Below are positions 26,847 through 36,011 of a DNA stretch of 64,000 nt, one piece after another. The DNA comes from an uncultured delta proteobacterium (lineage in GTDB: Bacteria > Desulfobacterota > Binatia > Binatales > Binataceae), in the NCBI GenBank assembly GCA_963711565.1, contig CAVQEQ010000003.1:512001-576000 (forward strand), in the 5' to 3' direction. Both the position numbers and the translations under genes were made by a program. Under the pieces are notes generated by a model. The model saw only the letters and a program-made list of their open reading frames with translations. It was not told where the DNA came from and ran no database searches. Numbering within the stretch: the first letter of the stretch is position 1; each line of letters starts with the position of its first letter.

Positions 26847-28133
26847 TTGGGCGAGAACAACAAGGTCGTAATTATCGGCGCGAACGGGACGATGGGCGCG
26901 GGCGCGGGATGCGTCTTCGCGGGCGCCGGTTACAACGTCACGATGCTGGCGCGGTCGCCGGGCAAGGCGGCGGAAGGATTGACGGATGCGCAGAACGACG
27001 CGCGCGCGGAGGCGATCGCGGAGAGAATCTCGATCGGCGCCTACGACGCCGACCTCGGCCGCACGGTCGGCGAGGCAGCGATTGTGTTCGAGTCGCTCGC
27101 CGAAGATCTGCCGCTCAAGAAACAGTTCTTCGAGCTGATCGACAAGAGCCGGCGTCCTGACGCGATTATCGCGACCGGATCGTCGGGGCTGTCGATCGCG
27201 GAGATGGCGCGCGGGCGGAGCGAGTCGTTCCGCCGCAACTTCCTCGGCGTGCATCTGTTCAATCCGCCGCACGTGATTGTCGGCACTGAAGTGATTCCGG
27301 GACCGGATACCGATCCCGCAGTCGTGAAGAACGTGGTCGCGATACTGACCAAGCGGCTCGGCCGCAAGGTGATCGTCACCAAAGATATGCCGGCGTTTGT
27401 CGGCAATCGCGTCGGCTTCAAAGTATTGAACGAGACTGCGCAACTCGCGGCAGAGCACGGCGTCGCGTACATCGACTATCTGATCGGACCGCATACCGGG
27501 CGCGCGATGGCGCCGCTGGCGACTGTCGATCTCGTCGGCTGGGACGTGCACAAGGCGATCGTCGACAACGTCCATGCGAATTGTAAAGACGAGGCGCACG
27601 AATCGTTCGCGATGCCCGCGTACATGAACGCGGCGATGCGCCACGGATGCCTCGGCGACAAGACGCCCGAGCGTGGCGGTTTCTATCGTCGCGCGGGCAA
27701 GGAAGTTTTCGTGCTCGATCCGAAAACCGGCGGCCACGAGAAATTCGCGAAGCCCGCGCCGATCGAGTTCGTCGAAAAGATGAAACAGTTGCATCATGTG
27801 GGTCGCTACGCCGACGCGTTGAAGGTCCTCGCCGAGGCGCAGGGGGCGGACGCCGACCTGTGCCGGCGCGTGGTGCTCGGTTACGTCAGCTATGCGCTGA
27901 ACCGCGTCGGCGAAGTAGCGGCGAGCGCGGCCGACGTGGACACGATCATGTCGTACGGCTTCAACTGGGCGCCGCCGACGGCGATCGTCGATCTGATCGG
28001 CGCGAAGGACACCGTGGCGATGCTGCAAAAGCTGAAGCTCACGGTGCCCAAAACCGTCGAGCAAGCCGCGTCGCGCGATGCTAAAATGTTTACAGGCGGC
28101 GTACTCGAATACGGCCGGACTTTTGTCGGGTGA
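26847..28133 (+). CDS. 3-hydroxyacyl-CoA dehydrogenase family protein
   Basis: IIGANGTMGAG, ESLAEDLPLKK, HLFNPP, FVGNR and DLVGWDV. Confidence 0.9.
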   Translation: MGENNKVVIIGANGTMGAGAGCVFAGAGYNVTMLARSPGKAAEGLTDAQNDARAEAIAERISIGAYDADLGRTVGEAAIVFESLAEDLPLKKQFFELIDKSRRPDAIIATGSSGLSIAEMARGRSESFRRNFLGVHLFNPPHVIVGTEVIPGPDTDPAVVKNVVAILTKRLGRKVIVTKDMPAFVGNRVGFKVLNETAQLAAEHGVAYIDYLIGPHTGRAMAPLATVDLVGWDVHKAIVDNVHANCKDEAHESFAMPAYMNAAMRHGCLGDKTPERGGFYRRAGKEVFVLDPKTGGHEKFAKPAPIEFVEKMKQLHHVGRYADALKVLAEAQGADADLCRRVVLGYVSYALNRVGEVAASAADVDTIMSYGFNWAPPTAIVDLIGAKDTVAMLQKLKLTVPKTVEQAASRDAKMFTGGVLEYGRTFVG

Positions 28134-28202
28134 TGGAATTCCCGGGTTGGATGATTAGATTAGTTGCCGTATGATTACGCTCATAATCAATAGGAGGGCG
28201 CG

Positions 28203-29438
28203 ATGACGAAGCCAGCGCCGGTGTACGTATTGGGCGGAGCGCAAACCGACTTTGCCCGCAACTGGACCAAGGAAGGAAAGCATTTCGTGGCGATGATGCG
28301 CGAGGCCACCCTGGCCGCGCTCGAAGCCACGCGGATCGAGCCGCGCGAAGTCGAGACCGCTCACGTCGGCAACTTCGCCGCCGAACTTTACGCCAAGCAG
28401 GGTCACATCGGCGCATTTTTCGTCGAGGTCGATCCGGCGTTTTCGGGACTGCCGACGAGCCGGCATGAGGCGGCGTGTGCGTCGGGCTCGATCGCGCTGA
28501 TTGCAGCGTCGGCCGAGATTGAAGCCGCGCGCTACGACCTGGCGTGCGTGGTCGGCGTCGAACAGATGAAAACCGTCGATTCGACCACCGGCGGCGACTA
28601 TCTCGGGACCGCGGCGTGGTACGAGCGTGAGGCCAAGGGAATTGAGTTCCCGTTCCCGAAACTGTTCGGCCGGCTTGGCGACGAGTACGACAAACGCTAC
28701 GGCCTGAAGGACGAGCATCTCGCGCACATTTCGGCGGTGAATTATTCCAACGCCAAGCGCAATCCGAATGCGCAGACCCGCAACTGGTTCATGAGCGAGA
28801 GTCACGCGCAGCACGAAAGCAAGTTCAACCAGGTCATCGGCGGCCGGATCAAAGTGAGCGATTGCTCGCAGGTCACCGACGGCTCGGTCGCGGTTTTCCT
28901 CGCGTCGGAAAAGTTTGCGAGCGCGTGGGCCAAGCGCAACGGCAAGACGCTCGCGGATATTCCGCGCATCCTTGGCTGGGGCCATCATACGGCGCCGCTC
29001 GAATTCGACACCAAGGTGGCGGAGAGCCGCGACAACGCGTACGTGCTGCCGCATACTCGGCAGGCGATTCTCGACGCCTTCAAGCGCGCGGAGATCGGGA
29101 CGGTGGCCGAGCTCTCGGGAATCGAGACGCACGACTGCTTCACCACGTCGGAGTACATGGCGATCGACCATTTCGGAATCACCAAGCCGGGCGAATCGTG
29201 GAAGGCGGTCGAGGAAGGCGTGATCGAGCTCGGCGGCAAGCTGCCGATCAATCCGAGCGGCGGGCTGATTGGCGCGGGCCATCCGGTGGGCGCGACCGGA
29301 GTGCGCCAGATGCTCGATTGTCATCGACAAATCACGCATAGCGCGGGCGACTATCAAGTCGAAGGCGCAAAGAAATTCGCGATGCTGAACATCGGCGGCA
29401 GCGGCACCACCAGCTGCGTATTCATCGTCGGCAAGTAA
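28203..29438 (+). CDS. Thiolase (SCP2-type acetyl-CoA acyltransferase)
   Basis: EAACASG, ETHDCF, NPSGGLIGAGHPVGATG and NIGG. Confidence 0.93.
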   Translation: MTKPAPVYVLGGAQTDFARNWTKEGKHFVAMMREATLAALEATRIEPREVETAHVGNFAAELYAKQGHIGAFFVEVDPAFSGLPTSRHEAACASGSIALIAASAEIEAARYDLACVVGVEQMKTVDSTTGGDYLGTAAWYEREAKGIEFPFPKLFGRLGDEYDKRYGLKDEHLAHISAVNYSNAKRNPNAQTRNWFMSESHAQHESKFNQVIGGRIKVSDCSQVTDGSVAVFLASEKFASAWAKRNGKTLADIPRILGWGHHTAPLEFDTKVAESRDNAYVLPHTRQAILDAFKRAEIGTVAELSGIETHDCFTTSEYMAIDHFGITKPGESWKAVEEGVIELGGKLPINPSGGLIGAGHPVGATGVRQMLDCHRQITHSAGDYQVEGAKKFAMLNIGGSGTTSCVFIVGK

Positions 29439-29462
29439 GCGCGCGCGATTTTCGAATTGTCG

Positions 29463-29498
29463 AAGCGGCGGTCCCGAAAGGATCGCCGCTTTTCTTTT
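29463..29498 (+). terminator. Rho-independent terminator
   Basis: AAGCGGCGGTCC-CGAAA-GGATCGCCGCTT followed by TTCTTTT. Confidence 0.8.
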
Positions 29499-29542
29499 GA
29501 TTCCTGATTGGCTCGCGCTTGGCGGCGCGGCACAATTGCCGG

Positions 29543-30457
29543 ATGCCCAGGAAAACTCCGTTCATCCTTGTCGATGTGTTCACCTCGCGGCCGTTCGGCG
29601 GCAATCAGCTCGCCGTGTTCACCGAAGGCGCCGCACTCAGCGCGAGCGAGATGCAGGAGCTGGCGCATGAGATGAACTTCAGCGAATCGACGTTCGTGAT
29701 GCCGCCCGATTCTTCGGGCGCGCGACGCGTTAGGATTTTCACGCCGACGGTGGAGGTTCCAATGGCCGGGCATCCTACGGTCGGCACCGCCTGGGTGCTC
29801 GCGAGTCGTGGCGAGATCGCGCTCAAATCTGCAAGCGTCGATGCGACCTTGCATCTCGGGATTGGGCCGGTGACGGTCACGGTCGAGAGCACCGGCGGCA
29901 AGCCGGATTTTGTCTGGATGGCGCATCGCGAGGCGGAGTTCGGCGCGAAGCGAACAGATGTCGAGCGGTTCGCGGCGGCGCTCGGAATCGCTCCGACGGA
30001 TATCCGCAGTGACCTGCCGATCCAGATCGTGTCGACCGGCTTTCCGTTCGTTTTTGTCCCGCTTCGCAGTATCGAAGCGCTCGGCAGATGCTATCCCAAC
30101 AAGGCCGCCATCGCGGCGCTGTTCAAGGCGGGGCCGCGGGAGCAGCCGCCTCTCATATATATGTTTGTCGCAGGGCAGTCGGGCGAATTCTCGGTTCGGT
30201 CGCGGATGTTCGCGCCGTTTAACGGCATTGCGGAGGACCCCGCGACCGGCAGCGCCGCGGCTCCATTCGGCGCGTACGCCGCGACTTATGGATTAATCAA
30301 GCCCGCGCCCAAGACTGAATTCCTGATTCAGCAAGGCGTCGAGATGGGACGGCCGAGCGAGATTCGCGTCGAGGTTACGCGCAAGGAGAGCGGCGCGTTC
30401 GCGATTCGAATCGGCGGGCGATGCGCGATCGTCGGCGAAGGTTCGATGTTCCTCTAA
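29543..30457 (+). CDS. PhzF-family isomerase/epimerase
   Basis: VDVFT..PFGGNQLAV, NFSESTF, EVPMAGHPT, EDPATGSA and QGVEMGRPS. Confidence 0.93.
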   Translation: MPRKTPFILVDVFTSRPFGGNQLAVFTEGAALSASEMQELAHEMNFSESTFVMPPDSSGARRVRIFTPTVEVPMAGHPTVGTAWVLASRGEIALKSASVDATLHLGIGPVTVTVESTGGKPDFVWMAHREAEFGAKRTDVERFAAALGIAPTDIRSDLPIQIVSTGFPFVFVPLRSIEALGRCYPNKAAIAALFKAGPREQPPLIYMFVAGQSGEFSVRSRMFAPFNGIAEDPATGSAAAPFGAYAATYGLIKPAPKTEFLIQQGVEMGRPSEIRVEVTRKESGAFAIRIGGRCAIVGEGSMFL

Positions 30458-30484
30458 CGCGCGGGCGCGGCTATTGTTGTGAGT

Positions 30485-31069
30485 ATGGACGATCGCCATA
30501 TTCCGTCGGTCGGCGAGAAGGCTCCCGAGTTTGCGCTCGCGGACTCGACCGGCGTGGTGCGCCGGCTCGACCACCTGGTCGCCGGCGGATTGTGCGTCGT
30601 CGTTTTCTATCGCGGACATTGGTGACCGTTCTGCCTCCGCCAGTTGGCGGACTACTCGAAGCATCTCGAGGATTTTCGCGCGGCCGGCGCCGAGCTGGTC
30701 GCGATCTCGGTTGACGACGCCGCTCGCGCGGAGCCGGTGCGCCAGGAGCTTGGCGTCAAATTTCCGCTGCTGTGCGACACGCGGCGCGAGGTCGTCAAGA
30801 CGTACGGCCTGCTGAACAGCGGAGAGAAAGGCGGAATAGCATTCCCCGCTTCATTTGTGATCGATCGCGAGCGCGTCGTGCGTTTCCGCGCGCTCGAAGA
30901 AGTCGTACCGCGCGTCAACGTGGACCAATTACTCGAACTCGTCCGTGACCTTGGCAAGGGCGTCGAATCGCAAACCAAACCGCGCACGCGCGGCGTCTTT
31001 CCCGGACTGATGTTCCTGCAGGCGACCATGAACGCGCTTCGGCACGGCGTCCGTTCGCCAAATAAATAA
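30485..31069 (+). CDS. Peroxiredoxin-like (AhpC/TSA) selenoprotein with UxxC active site
   Basis: One frame from ATG 30485: MDDRHIPSVGEKAPEFALADSTG...VVFYRGHW*PFCLRQL...; the in-frame TGA at 30623-30625 occupies the first Cys position. The ORF track shows only the part after the TGA. Confidence 0.85.
30636..30651 (+). promoter_or_regulatory. Candidate bacterial SECIS element
   Basis: TCCGCC-AGTT-GGCGGA hairpin 10 nt after the UGA, with GU in the loop. Confidence 0.65.
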
Positions 31070-31117
31070 CTTTCCGTTCGGGCTCGCCGAGCCTATGATT
31101 CAGCGGATGAGGTCTGC

Positions 31118-32383
31118 ATGAATCGTCGATATATTGTCGCGCTTTCGTTTCTTCTTGCCTTCGGACTCATCGCGTGCGCGGGCGGCGGTGTGACCGAAAC
31201 GCCGCCGGTCTTCGTCACGAGTCCGCAAGGGAACCGCGTCGAGGCGCTCGCGATGACCACGCCGCGGGCGAACGCCGCCGCGATTCGGCTGCGCGATGGA
31301 CGCGTGCTGATTTGCGGCGGCACCGCAACCGGACAAATCGGCGGCGTGCTGTCGAGCGCCGAGCTGTACGACCCGGTCGCGCGCACCTTCACTCCCACCG
31401 GTTCGATGACGGTGCCGCGCACCGGACAGACGATCACGCTGCTGCAGGACGGGCGCGTGCTGCTCACGGGCGGAGACAAGAACGCCGGCTATCGATCGCA
31501 ACTCGCCAGTGCGGAGATTTACGATCCATCGACAGGCACCTTCAGCGCGACCGGCTCGATGTCAACGCCGCGCGAAGGGCATACCGCAACCTTACTTCGC
31601 GACGGGCAGGTGCTGGTCGCGGGCGGCAGCCCCAACGGCATCCAGACGACGGGTAGCGCCGAGATTTACGATCCAGCGAGCGGGACGTTTCTCCGCACGG
31701 GCCATCTGCATCAGCCGCGCGTCGCGCATGTCGCCGCGCTGCTCGGCACGGGCCAGGTCTTGATCGCCGGCGGCGGCCGTGGCGGCATGCCGGGCGGATA
31801 CATCTCGTACGACACGGCGGAAACGTATGACCCGGCGACGGGCAGGTTTACGACGGTGTTCGCGCACATGAAGAGCGATCGCGTCGGCGCGGCCGCGGTC
31901 AGACTCAACGATGGGCGCGTGCTGATCGTCGGCGGCAAGAGCGGCAAAGTCATCGTCGGCATGCGCACTCTCGCGTCGATGGCGCCGCTTAACACCGCGG
32001 AGATTTACGATCCTGAATTGGGCACCTTCATCAGGACCGGCGACATGAGCGCGCCGCATTACCTGGCGACCGCGACGACGCTCGACAACGGCAATGTACT
32101 CGTCGTTGGCGGATGGACAATCAGGGGGCCGATCGTGGTCGGGATGCGCGACGCTGAAGTCTTCATGCCGGAAACGAACGTGTTCTCGCACGTGGGACAA
32201 ACCAACGTCGCGCGCCTTACGAACACGGCGACCCTGCTGAACGACGGCGAGGTATTGATCGCCGGCGGCCTAGCAGACAAGGCGTTGGTGACGGCGTCGG
32301 TGGAATTCTATTCGCCGAGGCAGCATCGGTTCCTGATGATTCCCGAGTCGAGCGGCGGTGCATCGTCTACGCTGGCACAATAA
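31118..32383 (+). CDS. Kelch-repeat lipoprotein
   Basis: Lipobox LIAC; repeated H/TATLL.DGRVL..GG...AE(I/L)YDP units. Confidence 0.88.
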   Translation: MNRRYIVALSFLLAFGLIACAGGGVTETPPVFVTSPQGNRVEALAMTTPRANAAAIRLRDGRVLICGGTATGQIGGVLSSAELYDPVARTFTPTGSMTVPRTGQTITLLQDGRVLLTGGDKNAGYRSQLASAEIYDPSTGTFSATGSMSTPREGHTATLLRDGQVLVAGGSPNGIQTTGSAEIYDPASGTFLRTGHLHQPRVAHVAALLGTGQVLIAGGGRGGMPGGYISYDTAETYDPATGRFTTVFAHMKSDRVGAAAVRLNDGRVLIVGGKSGKVIVGMRTLASMAPLNTAEIYDPELGTFIRTGDMSAPHYLATATTLDNGNVLVVGGWTIRGPIVVGMRDAEVFMPETNVFSHVGQTNVARLTNTATLLNDGEVLIAGGLADKALVTASVEFYSPRQHRFLMIPESSGGASSTLAQ

Positions 32384-32464
32384 AGGCGCCATCTCTCTCT
32401 AAGGTTCACGCTGATCGGCGAAACAAACTAAGAATCGTTACGGAGGCCGGTACGTGCATTCGTT

Positions 32465-32776
32465 TCACTTGGGGGCGCGCTTGGCGATTCGGTCCAGCAT
32501 CAGGAAGAAGAGCGCCGCGACCAAAACCGCGACGCTTACTACTTCGTATGGGAACAAATAGTCGAAATCCTGCGCCAGTCCCACCAACCTTCGATGCCAC
32601 ATAAGCACGAGGAACAATGCCGACGAGCACAGCAAGTAGATGCTCAACCGCGCTACGAAAGGTAGCGACTTCCAGCTGGAACGCGGGAACTTCGCGTTGA
32701 GACTCGCTCCGCATCGCGTGCAGAACGCCGAGCGCGAACTACGGCTCGCGGAGCCGCAGCGGGTGCAGAAACTCAC
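32465..32776 (-). CDS. Zinc-ribbon two-TM membrane protein
   Basis: FCTRCG twice, followed by two hydrophobic helices. Confidence 0.7.
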   Translation of the reverse strand: MSFCTRCGSASRSSRSAFCTRCGASLNAKFPRSSWKSLPFVARLSIYLLCSSALFLVLMWHRRLVGLAQDFDYLFPYEVVSVAVLVAALFFLMLDRIAKRAPK

Positions 32777-32848
32777 GCGATTCCCGCGTGACTGAGATTC
32801 ATGGTCGGAGAGTTAAGCAAAATGCCGCGGGACCGGCAAATGGCGAGC

Positions 32849-33334
32849 CTACTGAACCCGCTTCACACGATAGTCGTGTGCTCCGCGCCCGTGCCATGTC
32901 TTGCGGGAACGGTGCGAAAGGAATTGACGCCTCTCTAGTTCGGTGATCGCTTTGCGTGCCGCGCCGCGCGATATGCCCGTGCTCCTGGCGATTGTCTCAA
33001 GCCGCGAGTGAGACGAGCCGAATGCGTACACGATTCCGGCGAGATAGATGTAAACGCGCTTGGCGTTCTCGCTGACGGGCGCTGCCAAAATCGGCGAGTT
33101 GTGCGGGTCGCTTGCGTCGGCCAGCCATCGCCGAAAGCCCAACAACGAAGCAATCAACGTGACTAGAGTCTTGGGTCGCGCCGGCCCGCTTCGTCCGCCG
33201 ATAACGTAAAGACGATCAGGCGTTGGGTCTGTTTTCCGATTGTGATGAAGTGCGACGATCTTGCCGCCACAACGCGAACAGAACTCTGCTCCGTTATTCG
33301 GCGGCTCGAAGCCGCAGCGTGGGCAGCGAATCAT
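32849..33334 (-). CDS. Zinc-ribbon plus winged-HTH protein
   Basis: CPRCG...FCSRCG and C-terminal AKRVYIYL...LETIARSTGISRGAARKAITELERRQFL...DYRV. Confidence 0.72.
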   Translation of the reverse strand: MIRCPRCGFEPPNNGAEFCSRCGGKIVALHHNRKTDPTPDRLYVIGGRSGPARPKTLVTLIASLLGFRRWLADASDPHNSPILAAPVSENAKRVYIYLAGIVYAFGSSHSRLETIARSTGISRGAARKAITELERRQFLSHRSRKTWHGRGAHDYRVKRVQ

Positions 33335-33445
33335 TCAGTCTGGTGAGCTAGCAAACCGCCGCGCGGCCGACAAATAGCGGACAGAATTCTCTTCGCGATG
33401 ATGACTGGTCACCATGCCGGGCCGTCCTGGAACCGATTCGCGGCA

Positions 33446-33482
33446 ACCTAACCCCCCAGCCCCTTCCCTCGAGGGAAGGGGA
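33446..33482 (+). repeat. REP-like palindrome family B, copy 2
   Basis: ACCTAACCCCCCAG-CCCCTTCCC-TCGA-GGGAAGGGG, downstream of the minus-strand Kelch gene. Confidence 0.7.
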
Positions 33483-33524
33483 GCAATCGCGGAAGGGAAG
33501 CGGAACGCGGCGCTCAAGAAATAG

Positions 33525-35192
33525 CTATCGGATCAAGCTCGAGGTCGATTCGGCGACGTCGGTGACCATCTTGCCGGTGGCGGAGAAGGTCGCGGCCGCC
33601 GGATCGTAGAGGTCGGCGAAGTTTGTTCTGCCGCCGGCAATCAACGCGCTGCCGCTGTCGAGCACGGTCGCAGTCGCGCCGACGTGGAGATTGCGCATCG
33701 AGCCGGTGGCGGAGAAGGTAGCGTGGGCGGGATCGAAAAGTTCAGCGCTCTGTAGAAATTCCGTGTCGCTGCTCTGACCGCCCGCGATCAGCACCTTGCC
33801 ACTGGCCAGCAATACAGCGGATTGAAAGGTGCGCGCCGTGGTCATCGCGCCCACCGGTGAAAATGCCGCGGTCTGAGGATTGAAAACTTCAGCACTGTCG
33901 GTTGGGGCGCTCGCGTCGCTGCCGCCTGCAACAAGTACGGAGCCGGCGAGCGTGCCCGTGACGACGCTCGGCGAAAGCCAGGTCGCGCTGTGATTCTCGC
34001 GCGGCGTACTCATCGTGCCGGTCGAAGTGAACTGGCCGGTGGCAGGGTCGTAGAGTTCCGCCGTGGCGACATCGCCACCGCTCTCATCGCTGGTGCCGCC
34101 CGCGATAAGTACGTTTCCGGCGAGCGGACCGCTGGCAATCAGCGTGGCCGAATGACGCGCGCGCGTCGCCTTCATCGCGCCGGTCGCGGTGAACTTGCCG
34201 GTGGCCGGGTCGTACAGCTCCGCGCTCCTGAGAGTCGAGCCGAGCGAGCCTGTCGCCAACGTCCCACCGGCAATCAATACTTCGCCGTCGGCGGGGCAAT
34301 TGCATCCGGAAATCAGCGTCGCGGTATGTTCGGCGCGCGCGGTGTCCATCGTCGAAGCGAGCGCTGAAAATTTTCCGCTGACAGGATTGTACAATTCAGC
34401 CGACGACAGCGCGCGGCCGGAAGCGCCCTCGCCGCCCGCGACCAGGATTTCGCCGTCGGACAACACGGTCGCCGTGTGATCCGCGCGCGCATCCTTCATC
34501 GAGGAGGCGGCTGCGAACGCGTTTTTGGCGGGGTCGAACAGCTCGGCGCTCGAGAGCGCAAACTGGCCGCCGCCCTGCCCGCCCGCCAGCAGCACGAAAC
34601 CGTTATGCGACACCGAAGCGGGATGTGCCGCCGGCGAAGCGCCCGCGGGTTTCGATGCAGCCGCAGGATTGGCCGCGGGCGAGGTGCTTGGCGAGGTGCC
34701 CGCCGAAGTCGGCAGTGAGCCTCCCGTCGGTGAAGTCAGCGGCGCCGAGACGCCGCCGACCGCGCTCATCGCAACCGGGCCCGCGCCTTGAGCGTTGGCG
34801 CCGCTGACAGGAGCGCCGCTGCCCTGATCATTCCACACTCCGGACGACGGTGGCGGCGGCTCAGGATTTTCTTGCGGCAAATCCGGAACCATCACGACCA
34901 ACGACGAGTCGGTCGATTTATTTTTCGGTGAAGGCCGCGCGAATCCGATCTGCTTGGGCAGAGCGCTAGCGACAGGGGACGCGTGACTCGGATGGGTCGC
35001 GCCGCTCGATGCTGCCAATCGCGGTGCCGATGCGTCGGCGGAAAGCGTCGGCGCCGATGGAATCGAACCGAAGTGAGGACGAGGCGGCTGGCCGCGATCG
35101 AACGCGATCAATACGGCTACGGCGCTCGCGGCGATCACTCCGCCGGCAAGCAACGCATCGCGCATCAGCGGTCGGTCTCTCAATCCAGCCAT
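33525..35192 (-). CDS. Membrane-anchored Kelch-repeat protein with Pro/Ser/Ala linker
   Basis: N-terminal hydrophobic helix, low-complexity linker, about seven AEL(F/Y)DP Kelch-type repeats. Confidence 0.87.
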   Translation of the reverse strand: MAGLRDRPLMRDALLAGGVIAASAVAVLIAFDRGQPPRPHFGSIPSAPTLSADASAPRLAASSGATHPSHASPVASALPKQIGFARPSPKNKSTDSSLVVMVPDLPQENPEPPPPSSGVWNDQGSGAPVSGANAQGAGPVAMSAVGGVSAPLTSPTGGSLPTSAGTSPSTSPAANPAAASKPAGASPAAHPASVSHNGFVLLAGGQGGGQFALSSAELFDPAKNAFAAASSMKDARADHTATVLSDGEILVAGGEGASGRALSSAELYNPVSGKFSALASTMDTARAEHTATLISGCNCPADGEVLIAGGTLATGSLGSTLRSAELYDPATGKFTATGAMKATRARHSATLIASGPLAGNVLIAGGTSDESGGDVATAELYDPATGQFTSTGTMSTPRENHSATWLSPSVVTGTLAGSVLVAGGSDASAPTDSAEVFNPQTAAFSPVGAMTTARTFQSAVLLASGKVLIAGGQSSDTEFLQSAELFDPAHATFSATGSMRNLHVGATATVLDSGSALIAGGRTNFADLYDPAAATFSATGKMVTDVAESTSSLIR

Positions 35193-35267
35193 CGCAGCAA
35201 ACCCCCTCGCGAGCGATTCCCCGATGAGATTAACGAGATGCTAGTATGATTGCGCGCAATGAGGAAG

Positions 35268-35681
35268 TCACCACGATGGGGTGCGGGCGGCGAGGTTCCA
35301 GAATTCGCGTGGACTAATGATGCGCAGAGCTTTGGACTTTTTCTTCAGCGCGAGCATCTCGTGATCGCCGGTAATCAAAATTTCCGCTTTTGCGTTGATC
35401 GCCGAAGCGACAACCATCAGATCGTTTCGTTCGCTTAGATCCAGATCGGGCAGGCGGTGTGGCCTGGGCTCAACATGATAACCGCGAAGGAACCTCTCGT
35501 GCCCCTTCACGATATCCGCCGGCATGCCGAACTTTTTGCTCCGCGCTCGACGTAATTCCTCGATCACTACTTCGCCGGTTACCAACTCGTAATCCTCGAT
35601 TATCCGCTGCAACACCTCCGCGCACAGGCCGCGCGTACCGAAGGCGCTTGCGAGTACGTTAGTGTCGAGGAAGACCCTCAC
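35268..35681 (-). CDS. PIN-domain toxin (VapC-like)
   Basis: MRVFLDTNVLAS...EEL...D..VVASA...LITGD. Confidence 0.9.
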   Translation of the reverse strand: MRVFLDTNVLASAFGTRGLCAEVLQRIIEDYELVTGEVVIEELRRARSKKFGMPADIVKGHERFLRGYHVEPRPHRLPDLDLSERNDLMVVASAINAKAEILITGDHEMLALKKKSKALRIISPREFWNLAARTPSW

Positions 35682-35899
35682 GAGACGCTATCGAAAACGT
35701 CCTCGTCCGTGAGAAAGCCATGCGCGGCAGCATACGGCATCGTTTGACGGCGCAGTTGTTGGAATCGCATTACCGCGAGATGCCGCTTGAGCGCCGCGCG
35801 GATGACGTCGCTTCGCGTGCGTCCCGAACGTTTGCAGACTTCATCCAGAATTGGCGCCAACTCGTCGTCGATTCGGACGGTGATAGTGTTTCCCTTCAT
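35678..35899 (-). CDS. Ribbon-helix-helix (CopG-like) antitoxin
   Basis: TITVRID...LDEVCKRSGRTRSDVIRAAL...GFLTDEDVF; stop overlaps the toxin start; alternative ATG at 35908. Confidence 0.88.
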   Translation of the reverse strand: MKGNTITVRIDDELAPILDEVCKRSGRTRSDVIRAALKRHLAVMRFQQLRRQTMPYAAAHGFLTDEDVFDSVS

Positions 35900-35918
35900 G
35901 TGTGACATGGTAACACAT
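35898..35918. promoter_or_regulatory. Candidate RHH antitoxin operator
   Basis: ATGTGTGAC-ATG-GTAACACAT imperfect palindrome over the antitoxin start. Confidence 0.5.
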
Positions 35919-36011
35919 CCGGATCGATGTTGCCAAGTGTGAGGCAGAGCGGCAGGACGGGTTTATTTGGGGGCGCTTGCGTGATGAAATCTCCTGGCGA
36001 GATCGGAGGCA

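Noticed and set aside
30644-31069. 141-aa ORF as a complete gene
   Set aside because: It lacks the active site and is the post-UGA part of the gene starting at 30485.
33335-33517. 60-aa ORF containing APLPSREGAGG
   Set aside because: It is the translation of the family B palindromic repeat.
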